A DNA stretch of 64,000 bases from an uncultured Gemmatimonadaceae bacterium (GCA_963740355.1 CAVUDW010000003.1:2208001-2272000); one strand, 5' to 3'. Positions 1 through 9,580 are shown, counted from the first letter of the stretch. A program made the numbers and translations. The notes: generated by a model not told the origin, from the sequence alone.

Positions 1-2501
1 CGACGCGCGCGAAGTTGCGCCAATATATTCTGCGGAATCGAGAACTCGCCGGTCACACGCCCGCCGGTGAAGGTCGAATCCCACCACGTCACCGGGTGCA
101 TCGGGACCAGCGACTGCTCGCCGAATCGCACCAGGAATCGCGCCAGCCCATCACGGCGCGAGAAATGGTCTACGGTACGGCCATTCACGCGTGCGTGCGT
201 AATCCGCGCGGCAGTGGGTACGGAGACGACGAGTGACTCCGTCGATCCCAATTCCCCAACCACGCTGTCCACCACCAGCGTGTCACCGGCGATCCTCGCG
301 ATGCCGGTTCCATTCACGACGACCGCCGACGTCACCAGCGAGGGGGCACGTGAGATCTCGAACACACGTGCACCGCCACCGTGTACGCCAACCCGGAGAG
401 TATCGCCACGCTTCCATCGCGTGAACTTTCGCGAGGCGATTGCCCGTCCAGGCAGCGGATAGACCTCACGCACGACGTACTCCGCACGCGTCGTCAGCCC
501 GATCGTCGCATCCAGCACGACCTGCGCACCGAGTGGGCGCGGATCCGGATTGAAGAGAAAGACATACCCATGATCACCATCGATCATCGCGCTGCCATCG
601 ACCTTGCCCAGCCCGGGCTGCCCGAGAATCTGCCGCGTATGCCGAAGCAGGTCCTTGTTGGTCGCCGTCCACTCCAGCCACCCACGCAACCACGCCTTGT
701 CAGCCGTGCTGAAGTTGGCGTTCTCCGCCGAGTCACGCGCCGGCAGCATGTTGATCACGTTGTTCCAGCCCCCCACTGCAATCGACGACAGCACTGAATA
801 CCGCCAGCCGAGGTAGTCCCAGTCGCGAGTGCGGAACGGGAGGATCACGCGGCCACGATCGGCCGTATTCGCCTGCGGCATGTCGTCCGTCTCATCCAGC
901 CGCGGCGTCTGGTGCGTCATGAATCCCGGCACCAACTCGTTCGGCGTGAACTCGTAGTTCCGATACCGATATGCCGTGTAGCGCTCGCGATTGGCCGAGA
1001 CGCGGTCGAAGTGGAGGTCTGGATACGGCGTGAAGCTTTCCGGCTGCTCGTCGTGAAACGTCGGGTGCGGATAGCTCCCTGCCAGGTAACTCCACGGGCC
1101 ATACAGGTGATGCGCCTGCCGCCCGTCGATTACGATGTCCGGAATCCGTCGGCGCAGTTCCTCCATCACCCGCCGCCAGCCGTACCACTGCGCGTATCGA
1201 CTGGCGCCGTCGTAGGTGAGGAAGGTGTGGTCGAAGGAGTAGCCCGCGATGCCGGTGCGATCATGGAACGCCACCAGTTCCTCGATCAGCCAGTCCTGCA
1301 ACGCACGATTACCGAGGTTCGCCGCCTTCCGCTTCGGGTCACGACGGGACGGCACCAGCCACTCGGCATTCTGCGAAAACGGCAGCACTGGATACACGTA
1401 TGCCAGCAGCTTCAGCTTGCGGTCGCGCGCGGCGTCCAGCATCTCGCGAATACTCGGCGGAATTTCGCTGGTGCGTGGGTTCCACTCATCGCGGCGGATC
1501 TTCTGCCCGAGCCCGAGCCACAGCACATGCTCCCAGCTCCAGTCGTCAACACTCTCCTCTCGACGCGACACTGCAGAATTGGATGGCGCATACAGCACAT
1601 ACTGCGCGCCGACGGCTGCCGCCTGGTCGAAGATCCGCTTGTATTCCGCGCGTCCCTCGGCCGTCCCGACATCCACCTGGTAGTCGTTTGCGCACCAGCC
1701 CACGAACACGTTCAACGGCGCCTTCGGTTCGAAGAGAATCAGGGAACGCACCATGCCGGTGAATGCCGCGACCTCCGCTTCGTCGAGCCCAGGCGTGCCC
1801 TTCTCCACTGTTCGCCACTCAGCCGTCATCGCGAGCGGTATCGTGCGGCCTGACAAGGCGACAGGCGCCAGCAGCCCGCGGTCGGTTGTGTAGGTGCCGT
1901 ACTGCGCGCGCCACTCCATGTCCGGCGTGTAACTGAGCGTGATCTCGCGGCCCGCGACACCCACGTGCAGGAACGGGTTCTGCGCAATCATCAGCAACGA
2001 GCGCCTGCCGCGCACGCGAATCGCGGCGCCGTACTCCGCCGTGCCAAGCGACGCCTGTGCACTCTGCGGTCGGAAGACACTCACGGGCGTCTCTGCCAGC
2101 CGCGAGCGGAACAGCGTCACCTCACCAACGCTGAAGCTCTTCGCAGCCAGCGACGCGACCGAGAGGGTCTTGCTCACGAACCGCCAGCCCGGGTGCAGTT
2201 CGTATGTCACATCGACGTTGAACGTCGCGGACTTCCAGTGATACACGACGCGATCCGCCAGCACCTCCTTCGTCGGTGCGGCCAGTCGGCGGCTGTCGAT
2301 CACCTGCGTGGCAAGCGTGATCGCGAAGTCATCACTCCGAAGCTGATGCGCGATGCGGTCCTGCACACCAGCGAGCGCAGTCAGTCCGCGTGGACCGAAC
2401 TGCGCTCGGACGTGCGCATTGCGAAGGACCTGGCCGTCCGCCCCGCTGGCAGCGGTGCCGAGCGCCGCAAGAACGGCGCACCGCCGGATCAGCCGCCGCA
2501 T
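1..2501 (-). CDS. Large secreted protein, probable glycoside-hydrolase-like TIM-barrel enzyme; 3' end runs off the window
   Basis: Not in the ORF track. Hand translation from ATG at 2501 (TGATG overlap with the upstream stop) gives MRRLIRRCAVLAALGTAASGADGQ..., then GWCANDYQ, WEHVLWLGLG, GIAGYSFDHTF and VIDGRQ, with no stop in the stretch I read (down to about 240). The + strand ORFs 381-797 and 912-1853 are its antisense shadows. Confidence 0.8.
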   Translation of the reverse strand, partial: MRRLIRRCAVLAALGTAASGADGQVLRNAHVRAQFGPRGLTALAGVQDRIAHQLRSDDFAITLATQVIDSRRLAAPTKEVLADRVVYHWKSATFNVDVTYELHPGWRFVSKTLSVASLAAKSFSVGEVTLFRSRLAETPVSVFRPQSAQASLGTAEYGAAIRVRGRRSLLMIAQNPFLHVGVAGREITLSYTPDMEWRAQYGTYTTDRGLLAPVALSGRTIPLAMTAEWRTVEKGTPGLDEAEVAAFTGMVRSLILFEPKAPLNVFVGWCANDYQVDVGTAEGRAEYKRIFDQAAAVGAQYVLYAPSNSAVSRREESVDDWSWEHVLWLGLGQKIRRDEWNPRTSEIPPSIREMLDAARDRKLKLLAYVYPVLPFSQNAEWLVPSRRDPKRKAANLGNRALQDWLIEELVAFHDRTGIAGYSFDHTFLTYDGASRYAQWYGWRRVMEELRRRIPDIVIDGRQAHHLYGPWSYLAGSYPHPTFHDEQPESFTPYPDLHFDRVSANRERYTAYRYRNYEFTPNELVPGFMTHQTPRLDETDDMPQANTADRGRVILPFRTRDWDYLGWRYSVLSSIAVGGWNNVINMLPARDSAENANFSTADKAWLRGWLEWTATNKDLLRHTRQILGQPGLGKVDGSAMIDGDHGYVFLFNPDPRPLGAQVVLDATIGLTTRAEYVVREVYPLPGRAIASRKFTRWKRGDTLRVGVHGGGARVFEISRAPSLVTSAVVVNGTGIARIAGDTLVVDSVVGELGSTESLVVSVPTAARITHARVNGRTVDHFSRRDGLARFLVRFGEQSLVPMHPVTWWDSTFTGGRVTGEFSIPQNILAQLRAR

Positions 2502-3157
2502 CAGAAGACTCGACGCGCCAACCGGGCGACGGTGAACTTTGCGGTATCTGCGATAGCCATCACCGTCATGACGCCCGCCTGCACCGGATCCGACACCACC
2601 AGGTCTGCCGCATCCGGCACACTGCCGGCCATGTTGAGACTCACCACCAGCAGCCCCTGCGCGCGAACCTCGCGCACGGCCTTCTCGATGTCGCCCCCCA
2701 TCAGCGCGCCAGCCAGCACCAGCGCTGAGGCACGCGGCAGGCGTGCCACGGCACGCACCGCGGCGGCCAAAGGTGCCTCACCCACCAACGGGATCGTGTC
2801 GACGGAAATGCGCTCGCCACGAATGTTGTGGCGATCCGCCTCCGAGATCGCACCGATCGCCACCTGCCCCACCTGCGCTCCACCACCCATGATGATGATC
2901 CGCTTGCCATAGATCATCTGCAGCGTGGCCAACTTGTCGATGCCGCGCACGATCGAGAGACTGCGCATGTCAGCCAGCATCGCCTCGGACTCACCCGGAA
3001 GCTCGATCTCGAAGTAGAGCGACGTCTCACCATCACGCGTACCCAGGATTTCGACCGACGCGATGTCGCCCTCGTGTTTCGCGATCACTCCCGTCAACTG
3101 GTGCAGCACACCGCTGCCCGAGACGGTGCGTGCCAGGACTCCGAAGCGTTCACTCAT
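2501..3157 (-). CDS. ACT-domain + DUF5612-like protein (archaeal MJ1458/EhbQ-like)
   Basis: Start trimmed to MSERFGV. N-terminal ACT-like segment (GVLHQLTGVIAKHEGDI) and C-terminal IYGKRIIIMGGGAQVGQVAIGAISEADRHNIRGERISVDTIPLVGE...SLNMAGSVPDAADLVVSDPVQAG. Confidence 0.75.
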   Translation of the reverse strand: MSERFGVLARTVSGSGVLHQLTGVIAKHEGDIASVEILGTRDGETSLYFEIELPGESEAMLADMRSLSIVRGIDKLATLQMIYGKRIIIMGGGAQVGQVAIGAISEADRHNIRGERISVDTIPLVGEAPLAAAVRAVARLPRASALVLAGALMGGDIEKAVREVRAQGLLVVSLNMAGSVPDAADLVVSDPVQAGVMTVMAIADTAKFTVARLARRVF

Positions 3158-3210
3158 GCGCAAATCCCTCGTGTCGGGGTGGTGCCATCGATGACCATCG
3201 ACCGTGTTCG

Positions 3211-4158
3211 TTACCGCGAGCGCCGCATCGCCTTCCAGCTGGTGAGGCACTTCTGCGCCGTCTCGAGTTCCGAGAAGCGGCTGCCTTCCTGCTCCATCAG
3301 GTAGAACTCCACGCCGCCCACCGATTCCAGTGCCGCCATGATCGGCTTCCACGGCGAGATTCCTTCGCCGAACAGCACACGGTACGACTTCTCGTCTGCC
3401 TCGGTGCCCGGAGCCCAGTCCTTCAAGTGTGCACTCCGAATTCGGCCGGGGTTAGCGTTGATCCACGCGACCGGATCGGCGCCGGCCTTCACGCAGGTGC
3501 CCACGTCGAGTTGCAGCACGAAGTCCGCTGGCGTATTGGCCGCAATCAGGTCCATCACCCGCTGGTTGCCGTCCACCTTCGCCCATTCGGCATCGTGATT
3601 GTGCAAACCCGCCAGCAGGCCGTGCGGGCGCAGCACATCGGATGCGGCGGTGAGCTTGCCGGCGAAGGCCTTCCACTCATCGGCCGTGCCGGTGTTCATC
3701 GGCGGCGATGCAAGGATGATGTGCCGTGCGCCAAGGATCTGGTTGATCTCGATCGCCTTCGTCATCGTGTCGCCGGGCGTGAGCGAGGCGATGCTGTTGT
3801 GCGTCGAATAGCAGCGCAGCCCGAGATCATCGAGCATCGTCCGCACTTCCTTCGCGCGCGGGAATGTCCAGCCGAGGTACGGCGCGAAGAACTCCACCGC
3901 ATCGTAGCCGTATCCCTTCAGCGACTTCAACGTGCCGGGCAGGTCAGCCTGCTGGGAGCGACGCACCGCGAACATCTCGATGCCGATTGGATAGGTCTTC
4001 GGCTCGGGTGCACGTGGCGCGCTCGGGCTGTCAGCAGCGGCCGTTGAGGAAGCTGCACCCGCAAGGAGCGGTGTCGCGGCGAGGAGTGCGGCGCTGGCGC
4101 CGGTGCGGGCAAGAAAATCACGGCGCGTAAGCGACGTATCTGACGGCTGGGATGACAT
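3211..4158 (-). CDS. TAT-exported sugar phosphate isomerase/epimerase (xylose-isomerase-like TIM barrel)
   Basis: TRRDFL twin-arginine signal; GYDAVE, HNHDAE, QLDVG, HLKD and EQE motifs. Confidence 0.85.
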   Translation of the reverse strand: MSSQPSDTSLTRRDFLARTGASAALLAATPLLAGAASSTAAADSPSAPRAPEPKTYPIGIEMFAVRRSQQADLPGTLKSLKGYGYDAVEFFAPYLGWTFPRAKEVRTMLDDLGLRCYSTHNSIASLTPGDTMTKAIEINQILGARHIILASPPMNTGTADEWKAFAGKLTAASDVLRPHGLLAGLHNHDAEWAKVDGNQRVMDLIAANTPADFVLQLDVGTCVKAGADPVAWINANPGRIRSAHLKDWAPGTEADEKSYRVLFGEGISPWKPIMAALESVGGVEFYLMEQEGSRFSELETAQKCLTSWKAMRRSR

Positions 4159-4195
4159 GACTGAAGCGAGTGAAAGGTGACGGTACAACCGAAAG

Positions 4196-5215
4196 TCAGC
4201 GTACAGGACTGAGCGATGCGAGGTATGCCGAGACGGCGATCATCTCGTCGAGCGAAAGCGCATTCGCCACCGACTGCATCGGCGCACCGGTCGGCGTGGC
4301 ACGTGTTCCAGCCTTGAAGGCCAGAAGCTGTCGCACCAGGTAGCCAGGTGACCGACCAGCGAGGGGTGGAATGACGCCCACCCCATGCAGCTGCGGCCCG
4401 TGGCATCCGGCACAAGTCAATCCGCCGGCGGCAACCGCGCGGGCGGCGATGGCACGACCGCGCGTGATGCTCCCCTTGGGGACGAAGGCAGTGTATCGCA
4501 CGCCAGGGTCGCGCCACTCGTGCAGGTCGTAGTTGTCCGGTGACTCCAGCAGGCGGCCAGCCAACGGCTCGCTTTCGGCGCCGGGAATGCGGCGATAGAG
4601 ACCCAGTACCGGAACCATTTTCGGGACGCGATCGACCTCACGGACTACGGTCCGCTGGCGGAGCGTGAGCGATGCGAAGTAGGCAGCCGCAATCGCGACT
4701 TCCTCATCGGTCGCGTTGTCCGCCACGATCTGCATGTTGTCGTTCGGCGCGTACGCCGATCTGAACGCACCATGTCGCGCGTGCGACTTGATGTCGGCCA
4801 CCTGCTGAATGATGTAGGCGGCAGGCAGCCCAGCGAGCGAGGCGTTTTCGGGTCTTCCATTGCCATCAGGCATGTGGCAATAGGCGCAGGCATACACCGC
4901 TGGCCGACGACCGAGCGCCACAGGGGCGGGCATCGACGGATGCGTAGACGGCGTCCAGTCGGGTGCGAAGTACAGGTTATGCAGCTGCTTTTCGACGAAA
5001 GTCGCACGACTGTGCGGAACGTGCAGCGGCGTGACCGAGTCGAAGACGGGCGTTGGACCGGCCGACGGTCGTGGATAGAGCCAGTCCGGCACCTCGACCG
5101 TCGCCTGCGACACCGCACCAGCCGTCTGCGCCGCAAAAGCGGACGGCCGGAGAAACATGCCCGCGCCGAGCATGCAGACTGCACCCGCCACGAGCCGACT
5201 TGACCGAATGCGCAC
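4196..5215 (-). CDS. Dihaem c-type cytochrome (c4/c553-like)
   Basis: Signal peptide, two CxxCH motifs (CAYCH, CAGCH), LAG...Y...Q segments and distal Met residues. Confidence 0.85.
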   Translation of the reverse strand: MRIRSSRLVAGAVCMLGAGMFLRPSAFAAQTAGAVSQATVEVPDWLYPRPSAGPTPVFDSVTPLHVPHSRATFVEKQLHNLYFAPDWTPSTHPSMPAPVALGRRPAVYACAYCHMPDGNGRPENASLAGLPAAYIIQQVADIKSHARHGAFRSAYAPNDNMQIVADNATDEEVAIAAAYFASLTLRQRTVVREVDRVPKMVPVLGLYRRIPGAESEPLAGRLLESPDNYDLHEWRDPGVRYTAFVPKGSITRGRAIAARAVAAGGLTCAGCHGPQLHGVGVIPPLAGRSPGYLVRQLLAFKAGTRATPTGAPMQSVANALSLDEMIAVSAYLASLSPVR

Positions 5216-5239
5216 GCGCTCTCTCCCGGGAGGGGGGCC

Positions 5240-6580
5240 TCAGGACGTCACGACCGCCGCCCGGGCCGCGTCCCGCGACGCCGTGCGGGAGGCAACGTAC
5301 AGCACGGCGACCAGCACCGCGCAGAACAGTGGCATCACGTACATGGCATCGTGCAGCCCCAACGCGCGGCTCTCGGCCGGCGTCACGCCTGAGGCGAGCG
5401 CACGTGCGGCCATGCTGTCACTCAGCCGACCAAAGAACACCAGCCCAATCGCCGTGAAGATGTAGAAGACGAAGAAGTACACGCTCATCGCCATCCCGCG
5501 CATCGCGGCCGGCACGATGTCGTGGATGGCTGCGTACACGGTGCTGTAATAGAGATATATCGAGAGCACCGCCGCGAAGAGATAGCCCGCGAAACCCCAC
5601 GCGTCGCCTCGCGGTTGCTCGAGGGCCAGCCAGAACAGGGGCGCCGCGATGAGGCAGCCCAGGGTCGCCAGTCGAAGCCGTCCCGCCGCCCCCTTCCTGC
5701 CGGCGCGATCACCAAGCCAGCCGCCCAACACCATGCCCAACCCGCCGCCCAACCCGAACACCATCGCGTTGAATCGATTGGCGTAGTCGATGTCGAGGCC
5801 GTGGTAGCGGATGTAGAACGAGGTCGAGAAGGCACTGACGCAATACAGCACGAGATTCATCAGCGCACCCGACGCGATGATCCACCACATCGTCGGGATG
5901 CGAAGGATGGCGCGAATCGAATCCGCCGCAGACGTGGGTGGAAGCGCCGTCGTCACGGCAGCGCCCTGCCGGATCGGCTCGGCGATGAAGAGCGCGAGAA
6001 CGGCCAACACGAAGCCAGGCACCGCCGCGACGTACAGTGCGGGCCGCCATCCGCCGGTCGCCTTCGCGATCAGGCCGCTGATCAGGTAACTCGCGCCGAG
6101 GCCCAACGGCAAGCCGAGCATGAAGATGCTGATTGCGCGCGCCCGCAGGCGCGGCGGGAAGAGGTCGGCGATGAGGGAGTTCGCCGTCGGCGCCAGACTC
6201 GCCTCACCGACACCGACACCCATGCGCGACAGAAAGTGCCAGAAGAAGCTGCCCGCAGCGCCGGACAACGCAGTGAAGGCGCTCCACACCACCACGCCTC
6301 GACTGAGCATCAATCGTCGTTTTCCAGTGTCGGCAAGGCGACCGAACGGAATGCCCACCAGCGCGTACAGCAGCACGAACGCGGTGGTCAGGCTGCCGAG
6401 CTGGCCATCACTCAGTTGCCACTCCTGCTTGATCTTCTCGCCGACCGCGCCGATCACCTGTCGATCGTAGAAGTTCATAAAGTTCATCGCGAACAGCACC
6501 GCCAGCGTGTACCCGAGCTGTGCCCTCGAGTACGCGGTCCGCTCACCGTTGTCCTGCACATACATTGTGTCCGACGGCAT
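5240..6580 (-). CDS. MFS transporter (spinster-like)
   Basis: NFMNFYDRQ, GRLAD motif A and GVGEAS; about 12 hydrophobic segments; GGAG before MPSDT. Confidence 0.88.
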   Translation of the reverse strand: MPSDTMYVQDNGERTAYSRAQLGYTLAVLFAMNFMNFYDRQVIGAVGEKIKQEWQLSDGQLGSLTTAFVLLYALVGIPFGRLADTGKRRLMLSRGVVVWSAFTALSGAAGSFFWHFLSRMGVGVGEASLAPTANSLIADLFPPRLRARAISIFMLGLPLGLGASYLISGLIAKATGGWRPALYVAAVPGFVLAVLALFIAEPIRQGAAVTTALPPTSAADSIRAILRIPTMWWIIASGALMNLVLYCVSAFSTSFYIRYHGLDIDYANRFNAMVFGLGGGLGMVLGGWLGDRAGRKGAAGRLRLATLGCLIAAPLFWLALEQPRGDAWGFAGYLFAAVLSIYLYYSTVYAAIHDIVPAAMRGMAMSVYFFVFYIFTAIGLVFFGRLSDSMAARALASGVTPAESRALGLHDAMYVMPLFCAVLVAVLYVASRTASRDAARAAVVTS

Positions 6581-6671
6581 CGGCTCCGCCTTGTCAGCGC
6601 TACCGATGCCGCTCCGGCGACTGCCACCTCTCGTACTCACGCGCATGCTTCCTCATCATGTGGGCCACGCC

Positions 6672-7427
6672 ATGAAACTAGCTCTCTCGTTCACTGCGAT
6701 CGCGATGTGCGGCGCGTCACTCTCTGCGCAATCCAAGCTCAGTTCGTGGCCCCAACATTCTGAGGAGCGCCCGCATCCCGCGATCGTGCAGCCGGGCGCG
6801 CAATACACCATTGCGCCACCCAGCGATGCGGTCGTGTTGTTCAACGGATCGTCGCTCGACAAGTGGACATCGGCCGGCGGACCATCCAAGTGGCGCGTCG
6901 ACAACGGTGTCTTCGTCGCGGTCCCCGGCAGCGGTACGCTCAGCACCCGCGATGCGTTCGGCGATGTTCAGTTGCACATCGAGTGGACCTCACCGAATCC
7001 GCCGGTCGGCAAGGGACAGGATCGTGGCAATAGCGGCGTGTTTTTCGCCGATGGCCGATATGAAGTGCAGGTGCTCGATTCGCGCGACAACGTCACGTAC
7101 GCCGACGGACAGGCAGGCGCACTGTACGGCCAGTTTCCGCCATTGGTGAACGCCACGCGCGCGCCAGGCGAATGGCAGGTGTACGACATCGTGTATCACC
7201 GTCCACGTTTCAAGGCCGATGGGTCGCTGGAATCGGCCGCACGCCTCACCGTGTTTCTGAACGGTGTGCTGATCCAGGACAACATGGAGTTGGTCGGACC
7301 GACGGCCAACGGCTCTCGCCCGTCGTACACGAAGCATGCGGATCGCCTTCCGATCTCGTTACAGGACCACGGGCACCCGGTGCGTTATCGCAACGTCTGG
7401 CTGCGCGAACTCGAGCCGAAGCCGTAA
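6672..7427 (+). CDS. DUF1080 / 3-keto-disaccharide hydrolase-family protein
   Basis: Signal peptide; PPSDAVVLFNG, QLHIEW, GNSGVF, YEVQVLDS and LQDHGHPVRYRNVW motifs. Confidence 0.9.
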   Translation: MKLALSFTAIAMCGASLSAQSKLSSWPQHSEERPHPAIVQPGAQYTIAPPSDAVVLFNGSSLDKWTSAGGPSKWRVDNGVFVAVPGSGTLSTRDAFGDVQLHIEWTSPNPPVGKGQDRGNSGVFFADGRYEVQVLDSRDNVTYADGQAGALYGQFPPLVNATRAPGEWQVYDIVYHRPRFKADGSLESAARLTVFLNGVLIQDNMELVGPTANGSRPSYTKHADRLPISLQDHGHPVRYRNVWLRELEPKP

Positions 7428-7471
7428 GCGTCGGAGACGGCTCGCCCAGCACGCCGTATCATTGCGCCAGG

Positions 7472-7516
7472 AAAGCCAGGCACCGGTCAGCGCTTCTGAC
7501 TGGTGCCTGGCTTTTT
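7472..7516. terminator. Bidirectional intrinsic terminator
   Basis: AAAGCCAGGCACCGGTCAG-cgctt-CTGACTGGTGCCTGGCTTTTT hairpin between convergent genes. Confidence 0.85.
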
Positions 7517-7561
7517 GTGTCTTGCCCGAGAGGACTCTGCGGCGCGCGCCGTTGGCGCCGA

Positions 7562-8518
7562 TCAGCCGCCCACGACCTCAGTCGCAGCGCGGATGCGCAG
7601 CCTCGTGCCCCACGGATCGACCGTGATCAGGTGTTCATTCTCCTCGACGGCCGGGAAGTCCATGGCCCGCAGGCTGGCGCCAACTGCCTGCACGTCGCGG
7701 ATCGTCGGCACCACCAGCGTCCATTCCAGCAACCGGGCATCATCGGCGCCTGCCGGCAGGGCGCCAGCGCCCGCCCAGGTGTTGGTGCCCAGGTGATGGT
7801 GATATCCACCGGCTGCCAGGAACAGCGCCCCCGGATACGACCACACGACCTTGTCGAAGCCGATCGCGTCGGCGTAGAAGCGGGCGCCTGACTCTAGGTC
7901 ACCGACGTGCAGGTGGACGTGGCCAACGGTCGTGCCGAGCGGCATTCCGATCCACGCGGCGTCACCGGCGGCGGCGAGGAGTGAGCGCACATCGACAGGA
8001 TCGGTGGCCATCACCAACTCACGATTCCTGCTCCGCCACGCCGACCGTGGCCGATCGGCGTAGACCTCGATGCCCAGGTCGTCCGGATCCTGGAGATAGA
8101 GCGCCTCGCTCACCAGGTGGTCGCCTGCACCTGCTCGTGCCCCAACGACCTGCAGGTGGTGGAGGAACCGTCCAAGGTCTGCGCGACTCGGCAACAGAAT
8201 CGCGACGTGGTACAGGCCGAGTGTCTTCTTCGCACTGTTCGGTCGACCGGCTCGGTTCTCGACCAGTTCGATCAGACCCTGGTTGCTGCCCTGATCGGCG
8301 AGTGTGGCGCGACCGTCTGCGAGCGCGATGGCGTGAAAGCCCAGCACATTTTCGTAGAACTCGCGCGACCGCTCGAGGTTCGTCACCTGAAGCACGACGC
8401 TCTGGATCGTGGTCGACTCAGGCAGTCGATAGCCGTTTGGCCGAATTCCGTAGCTGTCAGTCGCGGCGGGCGCGGTGTTGCCGGTTCCACCGAAGATGTC
8501 GTTCAGGGTTGTGCCCAT
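7562..8518 (-). CDS. VOC/glyoxalase family protein (CatE-like)
   Basis: GLYHVAILLP, DHLVSEALY, GIEVYADRP, GHVHLHV and GGYHHHLGTN motifs; GGAG before MGTT. Confidence 0.88.
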   Translation of the reverse strand: MGTTLNDIFGGTGNTAPAATDSYGIRPNGYRLPESTTIQSVVLQVTNLERSREFYENVLGFHAIALADGRATLADQGSNQGLIELVENRAGRPNSAKKTLGLYHVAILLPSRADLGRFLHHLQVVGARAGAGDHLVSEALYLQDPDDLGIEVYADRPRSAWRSRNRELVMATDPVDVRSLLAAAGDAAWIGMPLGTTVGHVHLHVGDLESGARFYADAIGFDKVVWSYPGALFLAAGGYHHHLGTNTWAGAGALPAGADDARLLEWTLVVPTIRDVQAVGASLRAMDFPAVEENEHLITVDPWGTRLRIRAATEVVGG

Positions 8519-8607
8519 ACCAAACTCCGAGTGTTGATTTTTCTCAGATATCTTGCAAGTGTCTATATGGCGGCGCATTGATGGCGCGTTGAAGCGCCAG
8601 AAGTTAA

Positions 8608-8627
8608 TTTGGTGTGACAACACGTAA
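8608..8627. promoter_or_regulatory. Putative MarR operator upstream of the VOC gene
   Basis: TTTG-GTGTgacaACAC-GTAA, matching the palindrome at 9159-9178. Confidence 0.55.
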
Positions 8628-8662
8628 CAAAGCAATGAAAGCAGTTTGGTGGCGCTGAACGA

Positions 8663-9133
8663 TTACTCCGCCGACTGGCGGGCGAGCGTCGAGAGGGTAA
8701 TCAGCGTCCGCAGCTGCTCCTCCGAGAGATGCTTTAATTGCCTTTCGTGTTCCTCTTCAATCGGTCGGTCGAGCCGTTGGAGCAGCGCCGCACCAGCATC
8801 GGTGAGGAAGGTGTTCATCTGTCGGCGGTCCTCGCTGGAACGCTCCCGTCTCACCAACCCCATCAATTCCATGCGATCGAGCATCCGAGTCACGTCTGGC
8901 ATCCGGGCTATCAGCCGGTCTCGGATTTCATTGCGGCAGAGCCCGTCAACGCCTGCACCGCGCAGGATCCGCAGCACATTGTATTGCGGCAGGCTCACCC
9001 CGTACGGCTTGAGCAGCTGCTCCATTCCATGCTCCAGCGCCGCGGCGGTTCGGCCCAGGTTCAGGAATGCCTCCTGCTGGAGGCTCCCGAATGGGCGCGC
9101 CTGACGGATCTCGTCACGAAGGTCAGCGGTCAT
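8663..9133 (-). CDS. MarR-family transcriptional regulator
   Basis: QYNVLRILRGA, PDVTRMLDRME and EDRR...LTDAG motifs; start trimmed to MTADL. Confidence 0.9.
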   Translation of the reverse strand: MTADLRDEIRQARPFGSLQQEAFLNLGRTAAALEHGMEQLLKPYGVSLPQYNVLRILRGAGVDGLCRNEIRDRLIARMPDVTRMLDRMELMGLVRRERSSEDRRQMNTFLTDAGAALLQRLDRPIEEEHERQLKHLSEEQLRTLITLSTLARQSAE

Positions 9134-9158
9134 GGATTGAATATTATGTGTTGTGCGA

Positions 9159-9178
9159 TTGAGTGTCAAGACACGCAA
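9159..9178. promoter_or_regulatory. Putative MarR autoregulatory operator
   Basis: TTGA-GTGTCaaGACAC-GCAA inverted repeat just upstream of marR. Confidence 0.6.
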
Positions 9179-9271
9179 ATTTACTGCCCCCGAAACTCGG
9201 TACCACACCACTCGTACGTTCCCACAGAGCTCGACCTGCAGCATCGGACAGTCCCTTGGAGGAGCACCACC

Positions 9272-9556
9272 ATGTTCACCCTGCTCGCATACGCCGCCAG
9301 CCTCGCCCTCACCTACGTGGGCTACTCACAGGCTCGCACCTTCATGCGCGAGCGGCTCCGCTTCGTGACCGCTGCCCAGTCGTTCTGGGCCCCGATCATT
9401 GCTGGCGCCGGCGCCGCCCTGATCGCCACGCCGGTCGTCGCGCTCCTGCCACTCATCGGGGCTGGGACCGCGCTGGCCTTTGGTGTGAGCGTGGGCTTCG
9501 GTGTGGCCAACGGGCAGCGCGACATCCGCAACAACACCCTGCCGCCCGCCTTCTGA
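9272..9556 (+). CDS. Small membrane protein, hypothetical (94 aa)
   Basis: GGAGGAG before the ATG; MFTLLAYAASLAL... with about three hydrophobic segments. Confidence 0.75.
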   Translation: MFTLLAYAASLALTYVGYSQARTFMRERLRFVTAAQSFWAPIIAGAGAALIATPVVALLPLIGAGTALAFGVSVGFGVANGQRDIRNNTLPPAF

Positions 9557-9580
9557 AAGCGGCCGGGCTAGTATGCAGGG

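Noticed and set aside
912..2912. Long + strand ORFs 912-1853 and 1965-2912
   Set aside because: Antisense shadows of minus-strand genes, typical of high-GC DNA; no motifs.
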